From an uncultured cyanobacterium (GTDB lineage Bacteria; Cyanobacteriota; Cyanobacteriia; Cyanobacteriales; CAWCAG01), in NCBI GenBank assembly GCA_963803805.1, contig CAWDOD010000003.1, positions 384,001 through 448,000 of the forward strand: a stretch of 64,000 nucleotides of DNA. The letters are read 5' to 3'. The translations under genes were made by a program, and so were the position numbers. The notes below the pieces were generated by a model. The model worked only from the letters and a program-made list of their open reading frames with translations, was not told where the DNA came from and did no database searches. Within the stretch, counting starts at the first letter, position 1; every line of letters starts with the position of its first letter. This document shows positions 63,159 to 64,000 of this stretch, one piece after another.

Positions 63159-63618
63159 GAGTTTCTCCTCTTGTTAAACAGAACGGCAGTAGTTGCTTTT
63201 TGTTTAAGCATTACTTTTGATACTACGAGAAAAATCTCCAGAGTTTAGCCTGCATTAGCAATGAAATTACTAATCTCTTAAAATATAAATTTTACTTATT
63301 TCATTTTAAGTCAAGTAATCTTTCTAATGAAGTAAAGTCTTTCTGGTAATGACCTTAATATACCTAGCTTATGAAGGTTGAAATCAATGTTTATTATCTA
63401 TTCGAGCCTTGATTAATCAGTATTAGTTATAGTTATAGTTAAGAAATATGAATTGTACTTAGCTATGATATTTTTCTTCGGAAAAGAGGTGATAATATAC
63501 AGTCCAAAATTGACTGATCCTGTAAAGGAGAACTAATAATTAGTAGGCGCTTACTCAGCTAGCTAATTTAAATTGTAATTCTTTAAAAATAATCTCATCT
63601 ATTAAAACCTTAAATAAT

Positions 63619-64000
63619 ATGGCTTTCAACTCTACAGGCATTGATGTTGCTAATTACATCGATCATTCTCTTCTTAATCCCACCGCTACTTCAGAACAAA
63701 TTAAGCAATATTGTGCAGAAGCAGAGCAATTCAACTTCCCTTGTGTATGTGTTTATCCAGGGGCTGTTTGGCAAGCAAAAGGTTTGCTTCAGGGAAAACC
63801 AATCAAAGTCGGAACAGTGATTGGTTTTCCTACAGGGGCTACAACTTCGGCGACAAAGTTGTATGAAGCTCAAGAAGCCGTAGAAAATGGCGCTACAGAA
63901 TTAGATGTTGTTATTAATCTTGGTTGGTTAAAAGAAGGAAAAACGGAAGATATTTATCGAGAAATTGCTCAAATTTGTGCTGAAACAGGGCAAGTTGTTA
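63619..64000 (+). CDS. deoC: Deoxyribose-phosphate aldolase (partial, runs off window end; not in ORF track)
   Basis: Manual translation [21 protein letters not shown]...CVYP...GTVIGFPTG...[10 protein letters not shown]. Confidence 0.93.
   Translation, partial: MAFNSTGIDVANYIDHSLLNPTATSEQIKQYCAEAEQFNFPCVCVYPGAVWQAKGLLQGKPIKVGTVIGFPTGATTSATKLYEAQEAVENGATELDVVINLGWLKEGKTEDIYREIAQICAETGQVV

Larger units (their letters stand above)
1..64000. repeat. HIP1 octamer GCGATCGC, highly over-represented
   Basis: Roughly 30 copies counted by eye (e.g. ~1046, 2773, 4203, 12598, 26514, 33713, 47348, 62184), scarcer in ribosomal genes; typical of cyanobacteria. Confidence 0.9.

Noticed and set aside
2642-63873. 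Short antisense or overlapping ORFs in the track (e.g. 2642-2968, 3232-5501 set, 20142-20495, 23562-23840, 26804-27166, 44815-45069, 56486-56803, 63691-63873)
   Set aside because: They are shadow frames of well-supported genes on the other strand or frame; 63691-63873 is antisense to deoC.

Overview
Cyanobacterial chromosomal window: low GC, roughly 30 HIP1 GCGATCGC octamers, heptamer tandem repeats, ndhN, petF and a cyanobacterial-type ribosomal superoperon. The left ~44 kb is a mixed housekeeping and signalling region. It holds a GHL10-like glycoside hydrolase, tRNA-Leu(UAG), a candidate sRNA, an orphan ExbB/TolQ, a 1051-aa WGR + HEAT/ARM protein, cugP, scpA, pdxH, a Ser/Thr kinase, a degenerate large serine recombinase, a PAS kinase, a competence PLD (ComA-like) beside a degenerate DinG-like protein, tyrA, coaX and rnc. 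It also holds two signalling clusters: a four-gene Roadblock/MglA-GTPase/DUF4388(PATAN)/V4R operon, and a hybrid kinase + biliverdin-type phytochrome + diguanylate cyclase cluster. The right ~20 kb is the rplC-to-prfA S10/spc/alpha superoperon, a beta-propeller protein, petF and the start of deoC. Four genes (GHL10, pdxH, ndhN, rplO) carry single +1 frameshifts at or next to GGCC- or CGATCG-type motifs, most likely sequencing artefacts. The best candidate for an uncharacterised system is the Roadblock-GTPase-PATAN-V4R operon. No CRISPR array, rRNA, transposase or prophage was seen. All family calls come from motif recognition by eye, not database searches.
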